From assembly GCA_964362175.1 (NCBI GenBank), contig CAYIDD010000005.1, forward strand, positions 44 through 64,043: DNA of 64,000 nt, read 5' to 3'. This DNA is from an uncultured Candidatus Saccharibacteria bacterium. GTDB lineage: Bacteria; Patescibacteriota; Minisyncoccia; Phycocordibacterales; UBA2100. This document shows positions 38,757 through 49,694 of the stretch, one piece after another. Numbering within the stretch: position 1 is the first letter of the stretch; each line of letters starts with the position of its first letter. Below the pieces are notes generated by a model that was not told where the DNA came from, did no database searches, and was given only the letters and a program-made list of their open reading frames with translations. Position numbers and translations under genes: made by a program.

Positions 38757-38918
38757 ATGATTTCTCTCGAAAAAACGCGAGAGCTCCTAAATGAAGCATC
38801 ATCTGTACAACTCCAAGATAAAGAAGTTGCGGCATTCCGCGATTCCTGCGCGGCATTAGCTCGTATTTTTGTGGACACGGTTTTAGAAGAACTTGGGAGC
38901 CAACCCAAGGCTAATTAA
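38757..38918 (+). CDS. Small helical protein (MISLEKTRELL...LQDKEVAAFRDSC)
   Basis: Read manually; paralog of 37478-37648. Confidence 0.65.
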   Translation: MISLEKTRELLNEASSVQLQDKEVAAFRDSCAALARIFVDTVLEELGSQPKAN

Positions 38919-38928
38919 ACACGCAAAT

Positions 38929-39291
38929 ATGAGCAAACCAATTACAGGTCTATTCGTTCCAAAAGCAATACTGTTAGATGGTAATTTAGGTTCATCACAA
39001 AAACTGCTTTTTTCGGAGATTCATCACCTTTCTGGAAGTGAAAGAGGATGTTACGCCGGAAATAATCATCTCGGAGAAATGATTGGATTATCTAGCGCAC
39101 AAGTAAGCAGAATTATTTCTGGGTTACGGCGGTCAGGCTATATCCGATGGGAACTCGCTGAAGAAGAAGTGACGCGACGAAGAATGTACTCCACTCTCGA
39201 AAGAGATGACGAGGACGCAGAAGTTAATGATGTAGCAAGGGAATACGCGGATAGGGAGAGGGACTTCGACTTTTCCGATGAGGGGGTATAA
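38929..39291 (+). CDS. HTH protein resembling the N-terminus of phage replication initiators
   Basis: KLLFSEI...GCYAGNNHLGEMIGLS...VSRIISGL...GYI. Confidence 0.75.
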   Translation: MSKPITGLFVPKAILLDGNLGSSQKLLFSEIHHLSGSERGCYAGNNHLGEMIGLSSAQVSRIISGLRRSGYIRWELAEEEVTRRRMYSTLERDDEDAEVNDVAREYADRERDFDFSDEGV

Positions 39292-39498
39292 GCAGGACCG
39301 CTCAACGAAGATAATAGTAGAGACAATAGTTAAATAATACTCTCACTACTCCCAGCTTCGCTGGGAACGAACGATAGTTCGTTAGTGGCACTACTAAATC
39401 TTTAGTCTTAACCAACTCGATATTATCTATCCCTGTACAGCTCTACAAACAATGGCCGCGGCTAGGATTATCCAGAAGTGTTATTCTTAAAGTACGTT

Positions 39499-41073
39499 AT
39501 GAAAGCAATCATCTACACTCGTGTCAGCAGCGATGAACAAATCAAAGGCACTTCTCTTGCAGACCAAGAGCGTCGGTGTACTGCCTACTGCGAGGAAAAC
39601 GGATACGAGGTACAGGCTGTGTTTCGCGAGGAAGGCGCGTCAGCAAAAACAGCAGACCGGAAGGAGCTCTTTAGCGCAATGGAGTTCTGTCGTACACACA
39701 AGGGCGAGATAGATTTCTTTGTGGTCTTCAAGCTCGACCGCTTTGCACGGAATGTTTCCGACCACTTCGGCGTCAGGAAAAGTCTCAAAGAGTACGGAGT
39801 TGAGTTGAGGTCTGTGTCGGAGCAATTAGGCGATGAACCGTCTGAGAAGTTTATGGAAGCTGTTATCGCGGCGGCCTCTGAGTACGATAATGGCGTTCGT
39901 ACACAACGAGCCACTAATGGCATGGTGGCAAAGATACGCGAGGGTATATGGCCATGGAAAGCCCCCTTGGGCTATGTTCCCAATCCGAAGCGGGTATTAG
40001 GAGGAAAGAAAAATATGCCTGATGTTCCGGACCCTGCTACTTTCTCGATACTACAAACAGCTTTCAGAGAGTACGCACAGGGTGAACATACTCCAATAAG
40101 TCTTGGACGCAGACTTGATGCGCTTGGATTAGCTGCGATTAGAGGCAAGCAAGCGTCATCTCAGTTCATTCAGCAGTTATTAGTGGAGCGACGCATAAAG
40201 TTTTATGCGGGGAAGCTGATTACAGACCTTAATGGAGAAAATGAGGTGCAGGGCTTACACCAGCCGATGATAACTGAGACCGAATGTGCGAGCATGATTG
40301 GATATATCCATGGCAAGAAAAAGCCAGTTCAACGCCATGCATTAGTTAACCCTAATTTCCCTCTAAAGGGCGGTACAGTCCTTTGTGGCGCATGTACGAA
40401 GCCTCTGACGGGTAGTACAACGCGAGGTCGAAGTGGTTTGCACCCTTACTACCACTGCTACAACAAGCAGTGTGAGATGTACGGAAAGATTACTCAGAAA
40501 GATGTCCTAGAAAACGATTTCCTGACCTTACTAAATAAAGTTGCTCCTTCTGGAAAGTTTATTGCCTATTTCAAGAAAGCCGTGATTGATGAGTGGGAGA
40601 ATCGAGTCGGACAGATAAAGGATGTACACAAGGAATACGAGGAGAGCCGTCGTAAACTTAACGAAAGTCTAGACCGCATAAAACAGCTTCTTGAAGACGG
40701 CACTTACAGCCGCGCAGAGTATCTAGAGCGTAAGCAGAAGATTGAAAACGGATTGATGACAACGGGAATATCTGAGAACGAGTCGCACATTGAACAAATG
40801 GACATTGAGGCATTGCTTACTAAAGCAACAGAGTTCCTTACCTCGTTGGGCGAGCACTGGAAGAAAATGCCACCGACTGTACGGCCAAGATTCCAAAAGC
40901 TGGTCTATCCAGACGGAATTGCTTACTCTCGCGGTATGGGATTTGGAATCGCACGAATGGGGCTTATATTCGAGCTCAGTAAACAATTCGAGCTTGGAAA
41001 TTATGCTTTGGTCCGCCCAGTAGGATTCGAACCTACGACCGTTCGCTTAAGAGGCGACTGCTCTACCAACTGA
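39499..41073 (+). CDS. Large serine recombinase
   Basis: YTRVSSDEQ, KLDRFAR and CGAC...YYHC; the last codons overlap tRNA-Lys antisense. Confidence 0.95.
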   Translation: MKAIIYTRVSSDEQIKGTSLADQERRCTAYCEENGYEVQAVFREEGASAKTADRKELFSAMEFCRTHKGEIDFFVVFKLDRFARNVSDHFGVRKSLKEYGVELRSVSEQLGDEPSEKFMEAVIAAASEYDNGVRTQRATNGMVAKIREGIWPWKAPLGYVPNPKRVLGGKKNMPDVPDPATFSILQTAFREYAQGEHTPISLGRRLDALGLAAIRGKQASSQFIQQLLVERRIKFYAGKLITDLNGENEVQGLHQPMITETECASMIGYIHGKKKPVQRHALVNPNFPLKGGTVLCGACTKPLTGSTTRGRSGLHPYYHCYNKQCEMYGKITQKDVLENDFLTLLNKVAPSGKFIAYFKKAVIDEWENRVGQIKDVHKEYEESRRKLNESLDRIKQLLEDGTYSRAEYLERKQKIENGLMTTGISENESHIEQMDIEALLTKATEFLTSLGEHWKKMPPTVRPRFQKLVYPDGIAYSRGMGFGIARMGLIFELSKQFELGNYALVRPVGFEPTTVRLRGDCSTN

Positions 41074-41084
41074 GCTATGGGCGG
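41009..41084 (-). tRNA. tRNA-Lys(CTT), CCA encoded
   Basis: CCGCCCA/TGGGCGG acceptor stem and CTT anticodon. Confidence 0.95.
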
Positions 41085-41122
41085 TTACGTGGGATTCTAC
41101 AGGAAATAATGCTTTTTTGAAG

Positions 41123-41288
41123 TGCCGGGGGTGGGACTCGGTCACAAATAATTCAATCGCCGCCGCGATTGAATTTCCGCGACCCCGGCTCGCGGTCGCG
41201 CGTACTCGCGCGACATCGCTCCGCCTTTCGAGTCCCACACGCATCGTGCGTAGGCACGATGCTCCCCGTCAATCTCACTTCGCTCGCT
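41123..41288 (-). repeat. tRNA-Leu(TAA) 3'-end-associated structured miniature element
   Basis: 41123-41140 duplicates 41289-41306; inverted T-arm copy at 41227-41238. Confidence 0.8.
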
Positions 41289-41371
41289 TGCCGGGGGTGG
41301 GACTCGAACCCACAAACCTGTTAAGGTCAAAGATTTTAAGTCTTCTGCGTAAACCATTCCGCCACCCCGGC
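41289..41371 (-). tRNA. tRNA-Leu(TAA)
   Basis: GCCGGGG/CCCCGGC acceptor stem and TAA anticodon. Confidence 0.95.
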
Positions 41372-41415
41372 AGGAAAGCTAATCTTAGCTCAATTTATGT
41401 TAGAGTACACGCGTT

Positions 41416-41487
41416 GGCCACGTGGCGAAGGGGTAACGCGGAAGTCTGCAAAACTTTTATGCGCGGGTTCGAGTCCCGCCGTGGCCT
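41416..41487 (+). tRNA. tRNA-Cys(GCA)
   Basis: GGCCACG/CGTGGCC acceptor stem, GCA anticodon, U discriminator. Confidence 0.95.
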
Positions 41488-41491
41488 CAAT

Positions 41492-41815
41492 TCACTTTCG
41501 TGTTAACTCGTCGATGCGCTGACGGTTCTTCTCGCCGAGGTCTATCTCGAAATCGACGACGGGAATGGGATGTAAGAGGCTGTGCTTTTTGATGTACGCA
41601 CGGAAGTCGGTGCGGCTGCGTTTGGCAAACTTAAGGGCATCCTTTTCCATCGTTACCGGCAGAACGGAGAAATACACCGTGACGTTCTTGAACGTCGGGA
41701 CCACTTCGGCGTGCGTTACCGTGATAAGCGCCCTCACATTGGATTCGCGTGCGAGAAAATCCATCGCAAGGTGCGCGAGCGTCTCCTCCATCTGTGTTTG
41801 TCTGCGAGAAGTCAT
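41492..41815 (-). CDS. rbfA: Ribosome-binding factor A
   Basis: ITVTHAEV and P..DFEID motifs; follows infB. Confidence 0.85.
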   Translation of the reverse strand: MTSRRQTQMEETLAHLAMDFLARESNVRALITVTHAEVVPTFKNVTVYFSVLPVTMEKDALKFAKRSRTDFRAYIKKHSLLHPIPVVDFEIDLGEKNRQRIDELTRK

Positions 41816-41817
41816 GG

Positions 41818-43332
41818 TTATTTCATCGATGTTCTGAAGCCCTCCAATGTGTCGCCCTGTGTGATCTCGCAGGGGGCGGTGATCTGCGCGCCGAATTCAC
41901 GGTCAGTCTCAATGCGATCTACGTCCTGTTTGTTGGTTTGAATATTTTTTATTTTTCCGATGCCGACCTCGGCATTACGGCGGAGGATCCGCACTGTACC
42001 GCCCCGCTCCAGAAATCCTTCCGAGACTTTGCCGCCAATGACCTGCTCATCCTTGCGGCTGGAGAATTGTTTGAGGACGCGTGCACGGCCAGTCACTTCT
42101 TCGACCAAGCGCTGGGGAGCGGTCTCGTCGAGCAGTTCTTCAAGACGCTCGGTAAGTTTGTAAATGATAGTGAATGTCTCGATGCGAATGCCGTGTTGGA
42201 GCGCGAGAGCTGTCGCGATCGCGTCGGTGCCGACATTGAATCCGATCACGACAGCCGGTACGTCGCTCGCGATAGCTGCCCTCACATCGTTTTCCGAGAT
42301 CGCGCCGATACCGGATTGGACGACCTGTACTTGCTTGTGCTCGTCGCCTAATTTTGAGATCTCCTGCACGATGGCTTCCAGCGAGCCCGAGGCATCTGCG
42401 CGAATGATGACTGGCATCGCAAAGGTCTCCCCCTCCTCTCCCTGGGCGGGGATCGTTTGGGCCGGTTGTTTGTTGCCTGCCGCGAGGGGGGCGGGACGAG
42501 CTGTCTCAGCCTCTTTTTTGTTTTTGTAGGCATGAAACTCCTCACCGACTTCGGGCAGCATATCAAAGCCGATAAGTTGGACGGGAGTCGAGAAACTGGC
42601 AGTTGAAAGCGTCTTGCCCGCGTGACTTTCCATGATACGCACGGGTGCAAGTGCGTGTCCCGCCAAAACCGCCATGCCGGAGCGTAGGGTGCCATCGGTA
42701 ATGATGAGGGTTGCCGCAAGCCCGCGCTTTTGATCGCGGTGCGCTTCTATCACGTACCCTTTTGCGGGGGCGGAGGGGTTTCCGGTGAACACCTCAATTT
42801 CTGCGACGAGCAAGATGAGGTCGAGAAGTTCTTCCACGCCTTCACCGGTCTTTGCGGAAATCGCCGCCCATGGGACGTCGCCTCCATATTTTTCAAGAAA
42901 CACATTTTGATCGAGAAGTGTTCGTATAGTGCGCTCTTGGTCGGCGCTCTGCTTGTCGATCTTATTGATGGCAACAATAAAGGGGGTCCCCGCATCGCGA
43001 ATACTTTTAAGTGCCTCAAGCGTTTGTGCCTTTACGCCGTCATCGGCGGCAACGACAAGAATGGCAATATCGGCCGCCGTGGCGCCGCGGGCGCGGATGG
43101 CGCTGAATGCGGCGTGTCCGGGCGTATCAATAAAGGTAATGCGTTTCAGGATCCCTTCCTTTTCGCGCTCCACTTCATACGCCGCCACATGCTGCGTTAT
43201 ACCTCCCGCCTCTTTCGCGACGGTATTTGATTTTCGTATGAAATCGAGAAGGGTGGATTTGCCGTGATCAACGTGCCCCAAAACTGCCACAATAGGCGGT
43301 CGCTCCATTTGCTGTGAGGTTGCTTCTTTCAT
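41818..43332 (-). CDS. infB: Translation initiation factor IF-2 (short form without the N-terminal domain)
   Basis: [19 protein letters not shown] and NKID motifs. Confidence 0.96.
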   Translation of the reverse strand: MKEATSQQMERPPIVAVLGHVDHGKSTLLDFIRKSNTVAKEAGGITQHVAAYEVEREKEGILKRITFIDTPGHAAFSAIRARGATAADIAILVVAADDGVKAQTLEALKSIRDAGTPFIVAINKIDKQSADQERTIRTLLDQNVFLEKYGGDVPWAAISAKTGEGVEELLDLILLVAEIEVFTGNPSAPAKGYVIEAHRDQKRGLAATLIITDGTLRSGMAVLAGHALAPVRIMESHAGKTLSTASFSTPVQLIGFDMLPEVGEEFHAYKNKKEAETARPAPLAAGNKQPAQTIPAQGEEGETFAMPVIIRADASGSLEAIVQEISKLGDEHKQVQVVQSGIGAISENDVRAAIASDVPAVVIGFNVGTDAIATALALQHGIRIETFTIIYKLTERLEELLDETAPQRLVEEVTGRARVLKQFSSRKDEQVIGGKVSEGFLERGGTVRILRRNAEVGIGKIKNIQTNKQDVDRIETDREFGAQITAPCEITQGDTLEGFRTSMK

Positions 43333-43438
43333 ACGGGTTGGTCATAGGTACCGGTGAGGGAAACGAGTGAATATCGGCGTGAGTATACGATGTAAATACC
43401 GGTTTGTAAAAGGACGCGTTCGCGTACACAATGGGCGA

Positions 43439-44629
43439 ATGTTTGGTTTTGGACGCGCGAAGCGGATATATCTTGACCATGCGAGCGCTACATCGGTATT
43501 GCCCGCTGCGAGAGATGCGGTATACCGGGCGATGGATACGTACGCAAATCCGGGCGGCATTCATGCCGACAGTGTTGCCGCAAAGCGCTTGCTCGAAAAC
43601 TCGCGCGAGCGCATCGCAGCACATCTCGGATGCAAGGCGCGGGAAGTTATTTTCACATCCGGACTTACCGAGGCGAACAATGCGGGAATAGTAGGCACCG
43701 CGCGCGCCTTAGAGCGTATGCGGCGCGGACTCTCCGGCACGCATTGGATCGTGAGCTCCATCGAGCATGCATCGGTGTTGGAGTGCTTTTCTGAGATTGA
43801 ACGGATGGGCGGGAGTGTTACCTATGTCGATCCGGAGCCGAGCGGAATTATCACCGCAAAAAGAGTTGCCGATACCCTTCGTCCTGAAACGGTTTGTGTG
43901 TCGGTCGGATGGGGGAACAATGAGATTGGAACCATCCAACCGCTTGCAGAAATCGCGCGCGCTATTCGCGATCATGAGAGGAAGCATACATCGACGATCA
44001 TTTTTCACTCCGACGCAGGCCAGGCTCCGCTCTACCGCTCGCCGCAGGTGCACACGCTCGGTGTCGACATGCTTGCGCTCGGTTCGGGCAAGCTCTATGG
44101 GCCACGCGGCATCGGCGTTCTCCACGTTGGCAATCGCGTGCAGCTCGCACCGGTTATTTTTGGCGGGGGGCAGGAGCGTGGATTGCGTAGCGGAACGGAA
44201 GATCCGGCGCTCGCCAGTGGTTTCGCCGAAGCGCTGGATATTATTACCCGCGAGCGCGAATCGGAGTGCGGGCGTTTGCGGGAATTGCGCGACAATTTCG
44301 CGCGCGAAATTGTCGCGCGCATCCCACGAGCCGTCATCAATGGCGATATGCGCCATACACTTCCGCACATGCTCAATATTTCCATTCCCGGAGAAAAAAG
44401 TGGCGAGTATCTTGTCCTTCAACTCGACCACGCGGGGGTCGCGCTCTCCACCAAGAGCGCCTGCAATGAGGGAGAGAGAGCATCGCATGTGGTGAAGGCA
44501 CTTGGAGAGAGTCCGCCGGCCAGCGGATGGCGCGCAGAAAACACCCTTCGCTTTTCACTCGGCCGCAGGACGACCGCGCGAGAGCTCTCGCGGGTGGTCG
44601 AGGTGCTCACGCAGCTTATTAAGGCTTGA
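43439..44629 (+). CDS. iscS: Cysteine desulfurase (IscS/NifS family)
   Basis: YLDHAS, NNEIGTIQP, KLYGPRG and KSAC motifs. Confidence 0.9.
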   Translation: MFGFGRAKRIYLDHASATSVLPAARDAVYRAMDTYANPGGIHADSVAAKRLLENSRERIAAHLGCKAREVIFTSGLTEANNAGIVGTARALERMRRGLSGTHWIVSSIEHASVLECFSEIERMGGSVTYVDPEPSGIITAKRVADTLRPETVCVSVGWGNNEIGTIQPLAEIARAIRDHERKHTSTIIFHSDAGQAPLYRSPQVHTLGVDMLALGSGKLYGPRGIGVLHVGNRVQLAPVIFGGGQERGLRSGTEDPALASGFAEALDIITRERESECGRLRELRDNFAREIVARIPRAVINGDMRHTLPHMLNISIPGEKSGEYLVLQLDHAGVALSTKSACNEGERASHVVKALGESPPASGWRAENTLRFSLGRRTTARELSRVVEVLTQLIKA

Positions 44630-44659
44630 TTTTCCCGCATTTATCGATACGATGCGCTT

Positions 44660-45487
44660 ATGGACATGGAAGAACTGTCAAAATCACAAATCGTTCTCCT
44701 GACACTCCTCACCTCCTTCGTCACATCGATCGCAACGGGCATCGTTACGGTCTCTCTCATGGATCAGGCACCGCCTGCGATCGCCCAAACGGTCAATCGC
44801 ATCATTGAGCGAACGGTGGAAAAAGTCGTGCCCTCCGGTCAGACCGCAGCGACCGTCGTGACTCAGGAGAAGACGATCATCGTAAAAGAATCAGAACTCA
44901 TCTCAAAAGCGCTCGAGCGCGTCAATCCTTCCATCGTGCGTCTCTACAGCAACAACGAAGTGAATCCCATCTTCTTGGGGCTTGGCGTTGTGGTGGATGG
45001 TTCAGGGACAGTCGCTGGCGATAGTGCGGTCATGGGCGGGGCGACAAGCGCCATGGCCGAGCTCGCCGACAAATCACGCGTACGCGCCTTTATTTCTTCG
45101 GCCGATGCTACTACGGGCTTGGTGTATTTTGCGATGGCGACGACAACGGTGGACGGAAAACCCGTCGTATGGACTCCCGTATCGGTCGCCGCCGGACAGC
45201 CCATTTTGGGTGAAACGGTCGTTGCGCTTGCGGGGAAATCGGTTGCGCGCATTGGCGCGGGTCTCGTGACGACGCTCACTGCTTCGGGAGGAGAGGGCAG
45301 CTTTCATGTTATTGAGACCGACATAACCCCCGACTCCATCATTGCGGGTTCTCCTCTCATTAATACCGACGGAAGTTTGCTCGGGATTCACACAAGCGTC
45401 GCACGAGCAGTGTCTGCCGGAGGTTTTATTCCCACGACTGTCCTTATGAAAGGGGAAAAGAAAGCGGAGGGCACGAAACTCCAATGA
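44660..45487 (+). CDS. Membrane-anchored trypsin-fold protein with a degenerate active site
   Basis: PSIVRL and GSPLINTDGSLLGI; no GNSGG motif. Confidence 0.7.
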   Translation: MDMEELSKSQIVLLTLLTSFVTSIATGIVTVSLMDQAPPAIAQTVNRIIERTVEKVVPSGQTAATVVTQEKTIIVKESELISKALERVNPSIVRLYSNNEVNPIFLGLGVVVDGSGTVAGDSAVMGGATSAMAELADKSRVRAFISSADATTGLVYFAMATTTVDGKPVVWTPVSVAAGQPILGETVVALAGKSVARIGAGLVTTLTASGGEGSFHVIETDITPDSIIAGSPLINTDGSLLGIHTSVARAVSAGGFIPTTVLMKGEKKAEGTKLQ

Positions 45488-45553
45488 TAACAAAATTGTT
45501 CGCGTTTTTTCCGCATTTGTGCTACAATGCTCCAAGTATTCGTCATACATCGT

Positions 45554-48265
45554 ATGGCCCCATTCAATAATTACACAACCAAGGCAAAAGAGGCGATTCA
45601 CCGCTCCCATCAGCTTGCTGTTGAGCGCGGGCACAATCAGGTATCCACGCTGCATTTGTTCGCGGCACTCCTCATGCAAGAAGAGACAATGGTCGTGCCG
45701 ATGCTCGAACAAGTGGAGATCGACATCACTCATCTCAGCGACTCCGTGCTGGAGCTGATAGAAGGCACGAGTGGCAACACCGCAGTCTCCCCTTCATTCC
45801 AGCTCTACCTCACGCCGGAGTTGGTACGGGTCTTTGAGGCGGCTCCGCGTATCGCGGCGTCATTTAATGATCAGTTCGTTTCACCCGAACACCTTCTCCT
45901 CGGCATCGCAGAGCATCCGGGGCCGGCGGCCGATCTGCTCACGCGTTTTCGTATCGACAGAACGGCGCTCGCGCGCGTACTTACCGACATCAAGGAGGGA
46001 AAGATACGCGACACCGAGACGTCCGCAAAGCCGCGTGCCCTGACCCGCTTTGCTCGCTCACTCACCGACCGCGCGCGCGAGAACAAACTCGATCCCGTCA
46101 TCGGTCGTGACACCGAAATTATACGCGTCATCCAGATCCTTTCCCGCCGCACAAAAAACAATCCCATTCTCATTGGTGAGGCGGGAGTGGGGAAGACCGC
46201 TGTTGCGGAAGGCCTGGCGCAACGCATCGCCTCCGGAGATGTGCCGGAATCGCTGCGGGATAAGGAGTTGATACAGCTCGACTTGGGGCTTTTGATCGCC
46301 GGCACCAAATACCGCGGTGAATTTGAAGAACGTCTCAAGGCTGTGATGAAGGAAGTGGAGCGCTCGGAAGGCAAGATCATTCTTTTCATCGATGAAATTC
46401 ATACACTTGTGGGAGCCGGTGCCGCCGAGGGCTCGATGGATGCCTCAAACATGCTAAAGCCCGCGCTCGCGCGCGGGGAGATCCGTGTCGTCGGCGCGAC
46501 GACCCTCAAAGAGTACCAAAAGCACATTGAGCACGATGCAGCACTCACGCGTCGCTTCCAGCCGGTCTACGTGAACGAGCCGACCATCGATGATGCGATA
46601 GCGATCCTCCGCGGCCTCAAAGAGCGCTATGAGCTCTATCACGGCGTACACATCACCGACGACGCCATGGTGTCTGCGGTCCAGCTTTCAGCGCGGTACA
46701 TCACGGAGCGATTTTTGCCGGACAAGGCGATCGACCTCATTGATGAGGCGTCATCAGCCCTGCGCCTCTCACTTGAAAATAAACCGCCGATCCTCGAAGA
46801 AGCGCATCGCAAGGTGACGCGACTCGAAATAGAGCGCGAGGCGCTGAAAAAAGAGGCTGAAGAGGGCGAAGGCAAAGCACGAACGCGCGTGAAATCTATT
46901 GAAAAAGAGATCGCCGATCTTCGCGATTCGACCCGTGAGCTCGAAATGAAGTGGAAAAATGAGAAAGAAACGCTCGCTGAGATCAAACGTGCGAAAGGCG
47001 AGCTCGAACAGGCACGTCTCAATGCGGACGCCGCTGAGTCCGCGGGTGATTTCACCAAGACCGCAGAAATACGGTATGGCAGAATCCCGCTTTTGGAAAA
47101 AGAGATCGAGACCGCGACCAAGCGCCTGAAGAAACTGCAGCAGACGCGTCGTGTTTTGAAAGAAGAGATCACAGAAGAGGATATTGCGGCCGTTGTCTCG
47201 CGGTGGACGGGCGTACCCGTTTCCCGCATGCTTGAGGAGGAGGCCGAAAAACTCTCGCGCATGGAGGGCGATCTTAAAAAGCGTATCGTGGGTCAGGACG
47301 AAGCTGTGCAAAAGGTTTCCGATGCCATTAAGAGGAGCCGCGCAGGGATCGCAGATCCAAACCGCCCTGTCGGCTCATTCCTCTTCTTGGGCCCGACGGG
47401 CGTAGGCAAGACGGAGCTCACTCGATCCCTCGCAGAATTTCTCTTCAACAGCGAAAAGTCTTTGATCCGCGTAGACATGTCGGAATACATGGAGAAGCAC
47501 TCAGTCTCCAAGATGATCGGCTCTCCTCCCGGGTATGTCGGCTATGACGAGGGCGGGGGACTCACCGAGCTGGTGCGCCATCGGCCGTATTCCGTCATCC
47601 TTTTCGATGAGATCGAAAAAGCCCATCCGGAGGTATTCAACATTTTGCTGCAGGTCCTCGACAACGGACGTCTGACCGATGCCAAGGGCCGCACGGTCAA
47701 TTTCAAGAACTGCGTCATCATCATGACCTCCAACATCGGTTCCGAGCACATCGACAAGATGTCGGGCTTGGGCTTCGGCAGCGGCCTTTCCAAGACCGAG
47801 GGGGAGCGCTATGAGCATGTGAAGGAGAAAGTGACGAGCTCTCTCAAAGAGTTTTTCCGCCCCGAATTCTTGAACCGTCTCGATGAGATCATCCTCTTCA
47901 ACATTCTCTCGACAGAAGCGATCAAGGAGATCGTTCGCATGCAGGTGGATATCGTGGCAAAGCGTCTGGAGGAAAAACATATTTCACTCACGCTCTCGGA
48001 TGCGGCTTTGGCCCACTTGGCAAAGGAGGGGTACAGTCCGCACTACGGTGCCCGCCCGCTCAAAAGATTGATACAGACAAAGATACTGACACCCGTCGCC
48101 AACATGATGGTCGCACGAGGAGTGCTTGAGGGTGGCTCCGTGGCGGTGGACTTTAAGACAGACGGTGGCGCTGATGGTAAGGGTGATTTCTCGTTCGACG
48201 TGCGCAGGGGTCCCGAACGTCATCGCTCCGTCCGCTCTCGCGCAAAGAGCTCAGTTGGTGCATAA
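45554..48265 (+). CDS. clpB: ATP-dependent chaperone ClpB
   Basis: Two AAA+ modules ([16 protein letters not shown]) and a long middle domain. Confidence 0.96.
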   Translation: MAPFNNYTTKAKEAIHRSHQLAVERGHNQVSTLHLFAALLMQEETMVVPMLEQVEIDITHLSDSVLELIEGTSGNTAVSPSFQLYLTPELVRVFEAAPRIAASFNDQFVSPEHLLLGIAEHPGPAADLLTRFRIDRTALARVLTDIKEGKIRDTETSAKPRALTRFARSLTDRARENKLDPVIGRDTEIIRVIQILSRRTKNNPILIGEAGVGKTAVAEGLAQRIASGDVPESLRDKELIQLDLGLLIAGTKYRGEFEERLKAVMKEVERSEGKIILFIDEIHTLVGAGAAEGSMDASNMLKPALARGEIRVVGATTLKEYQKHIEHDAALTRRFQPVYVNEPTIDDAIAILRGLKERYELYHGVHITDDAMVSAVQLSARYITERFLPDKAIDLIDEASSALRLSLENKPPILEEAHRKVTRLEIEREALKKEAEEGEGKARTRVKSIEKEIADLRDSTRELEMKWKNEKETLAEIKRAKGELEQARLNADAAESAGDFTKTAEIRYGRIPLLEKEIETATKRLKKLQQTRRVLKEEITEEDIAAVVSRWTGVPVSRMLEEEAEKLSRMEGDLKKRIVGQDEAVQKVSDAIKRSRAGIADPNRPVGSFLFLGPTGVGKTELTRSLAEFLFNSEKSLIRVDMSEYMEKHSVSKMIGSPPGYVGYDEGGGLTELVRHRPYSVILFDEIEKAHPEVFNILLQVLDNGRLTDAKGRTVNFKNCVIIMTSNIGSEHIDKMSGLGFGSGLSKTEGERYEHVKEKVTSSLKEFFRPEFLNRLDEIILFNILSTEAIKEIVRMQVDIVAKRLEEKHISLTLSDAALAHLAKEGYSPHYGARPLKRLIQTKILTPVANMMVARGVLEGGSVAVDFKTDGGADGKGDFSFDVRRGPERHRSVRSRAKSSVGA

Positions 48266-48275
48266 TATCCCCACT

Positions 48276-48358
48276 GCGTCGGTGGCAGAGTGGTCAAATG
48301 CACGTGGCTGTAAACCACGCGACTTCGGTCTCCGCAGGTTCGAATCCTGCCCGGCGCA
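48276..48358 (+). tRNA. tRNA-Tyr(GTA)
   Basis: GCGTCGG/CCGGCGC acceptor stem, GTA anticodon, variable arm. Confidence 0.94.
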
Positions 48359-48388
48359 CCCATGTTTTCCCATGATAAACTGAGCGGC

Positions 48389-48793
48389 ATGACCCAAAGA
48401 CGAGTGATGGTAGGTTTCATACTATTCCTCACTATCGCTACATCCGCCCCCTCGCTTGCACTCGCCGCCAATGCGCTTCCGAGCCAGATCGTTCCGGAAG
48501 AGTGCAACCAGAAGGGCGGCTGTCAGTCGATCTGCGATCTAGCACAAGTCGCCCACAACATCCTCAATACCGGCATTTATATCGCTGTGTTTCTCTCCGC
48601 CATCCTTTTTGCGTGGGCGGGGTGGCTGTATCTGACGGATGTTGCCAACGCAGGGCAGCATTCAAAGGCAGTAGAGGTATTTCAGTATGTCGCTACAGGC
48701 CTTGTCATCATCCTTATAGGATGGCTAGTTGTGGACGTACTCATACGAACGTTGGCAGGGGACAACTTTAGTTCATGGAATAAGATTTGTTAA
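48389..48793 (+). CDS. VirB2-like pilin with a Cys-containing N-region
   Basis: FAWAGWLYLT...KA...F....GLVIILIGWL pattern. Confidence 0.75.
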   Translation: MTQRRVMVGFILFLTIATSAPSLALAANALPSQIVPEECNQKGGCQSICDLAQVAHNILNTGIYIAVFLSAILFAWAGWLYLTDVANAGQHSKAVEVFQYVATGLVIILIGWLVVDVLIRTLAGDNFSSWNKIC

Positions 48794-48908
48794 TCCTCTC
48801 CTAGAGTCCACACCCCGCAGCTTGCTGCGTGGAGGATGTCATTTTTTCTTTTATGGTGGTATTGTTCCCCAGCCTGTACTCACAGGCTGCTCTTACAGGA
48901 GAAGTTCA

Positions 48909-49145
48909 ATGTCCCTCACTTTTAGGGTAAAGATCGTTGACGGAGATGGAAACCCTGTATCTGGCGAAACGGTTCTCGTCGTTGAGTCGGCGATAACGGG
49001 GCCGTCTCAGAGTCAATGTACGGATAGCGACGGGTGGGCTGAATTTGAGTTTGAACGGAACAGGCTCTATGCCTACGTCCATGTCGCTGGCGAAGAACAT
49101 CACGTTATCGTTGATGACGGTGATGAACTTTCCTTCACAATCTAG
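48909..49145 (+). CDS. Small beta-sandwich protein (carboxypeptidase-regulatory-like)
   Basis: AGGAG SD; VDGDGNPVSG...TDSDGWAEF; terminator at 49173-49203. Confidence 0.65.
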   Translation: MSLTFRVKIVDGDGNPVSGETVLVVESAITGPSQSQCTDSDGWAEFEFERNRLYAYVHVAGEEHHVIVDDGDELSFTI

Positions 49146-49329
49146 TGAGCAGTATCGGCGGAATCTCCCGCCAAGCCGCGCCTGGAAGGCGCGGCTTCTT
49201 TTTCGACACCCAGTCATTTGGATATGAGATGCCATGGGAGTATTATTTCAAGACCGCTAGAGTGTCACCGAGAGAGTCGTTCAGTGCAAATAGTTGCAAA
49301 ATGGGGCCATTTCCCGTATAGTGCCGCGC

Positions 49330-49488
49330 ATGTCTCAGGATCAGCTATTCAAACTCGCGTGCTCGAAGTGCGCCCGTATCAACTATTGGTCACGCAAAAA
49401 TCGCAAGCTCGTAACGCGTAAGATCGAGCTCAAGAAGTATTGCAAATGGTGTAAAGCGCACACCAAGCACAAGGAAGCGAAGAAGTAG
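49330..49488 (+). CDS. rpmG: 50S ribosomal protein L33
   Basis: LACSKC...ELKKYCKWC..HT.HKE. Confidence 0.95.
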   Translation: MSQDQLFKLACSKCARINYWSRKNRKLVTRKIELKKYCKWCKAHTKHKEAKK

Positions 49489-49621
49489 GAGTTTGGAGCC
49501 GGACAAATCCGGCTCTATACTTAGCGAGCGGGGGTACTCCTCGTTCAGGGTTCATTATATTCATATAGACCCTGCGTTCGGAGAAAGTGAGAATCAGCTA
49601 CTCTCACGTTGCTCCTCTCTT

Positions 49622-49692
49622 GGGTCCATAGTTCAATGGTAGAACAGCGGTCTCCAAAACCGCTGACCTAGGTTCGATTCCTAGTGGGCCCG
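49622..49692 (+). tRNA. tRNA-Trp(CCA)
   Basis: GGGTCCA/TGGGCCC acceptor stem and CCA anticodon; follows rpmG. Confidence 0.94.
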
Positions 49693-49694
49693 CA

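Larger units (their letters stand above)
32775..41017. mobile_element. Island 2: composite serine-recombinase element at the tRNA-Lys 3' end
   Basis: GTCCGCC core at 32775, 33856 and 41011; 60-bp repeat at 33803-33862 and 40958-41017; lower GC. Confidence 0.8.

Noticed and set aside
32775-41017. Prophage
   Set aside because: No terminase, capsid, tail or lysis genes.
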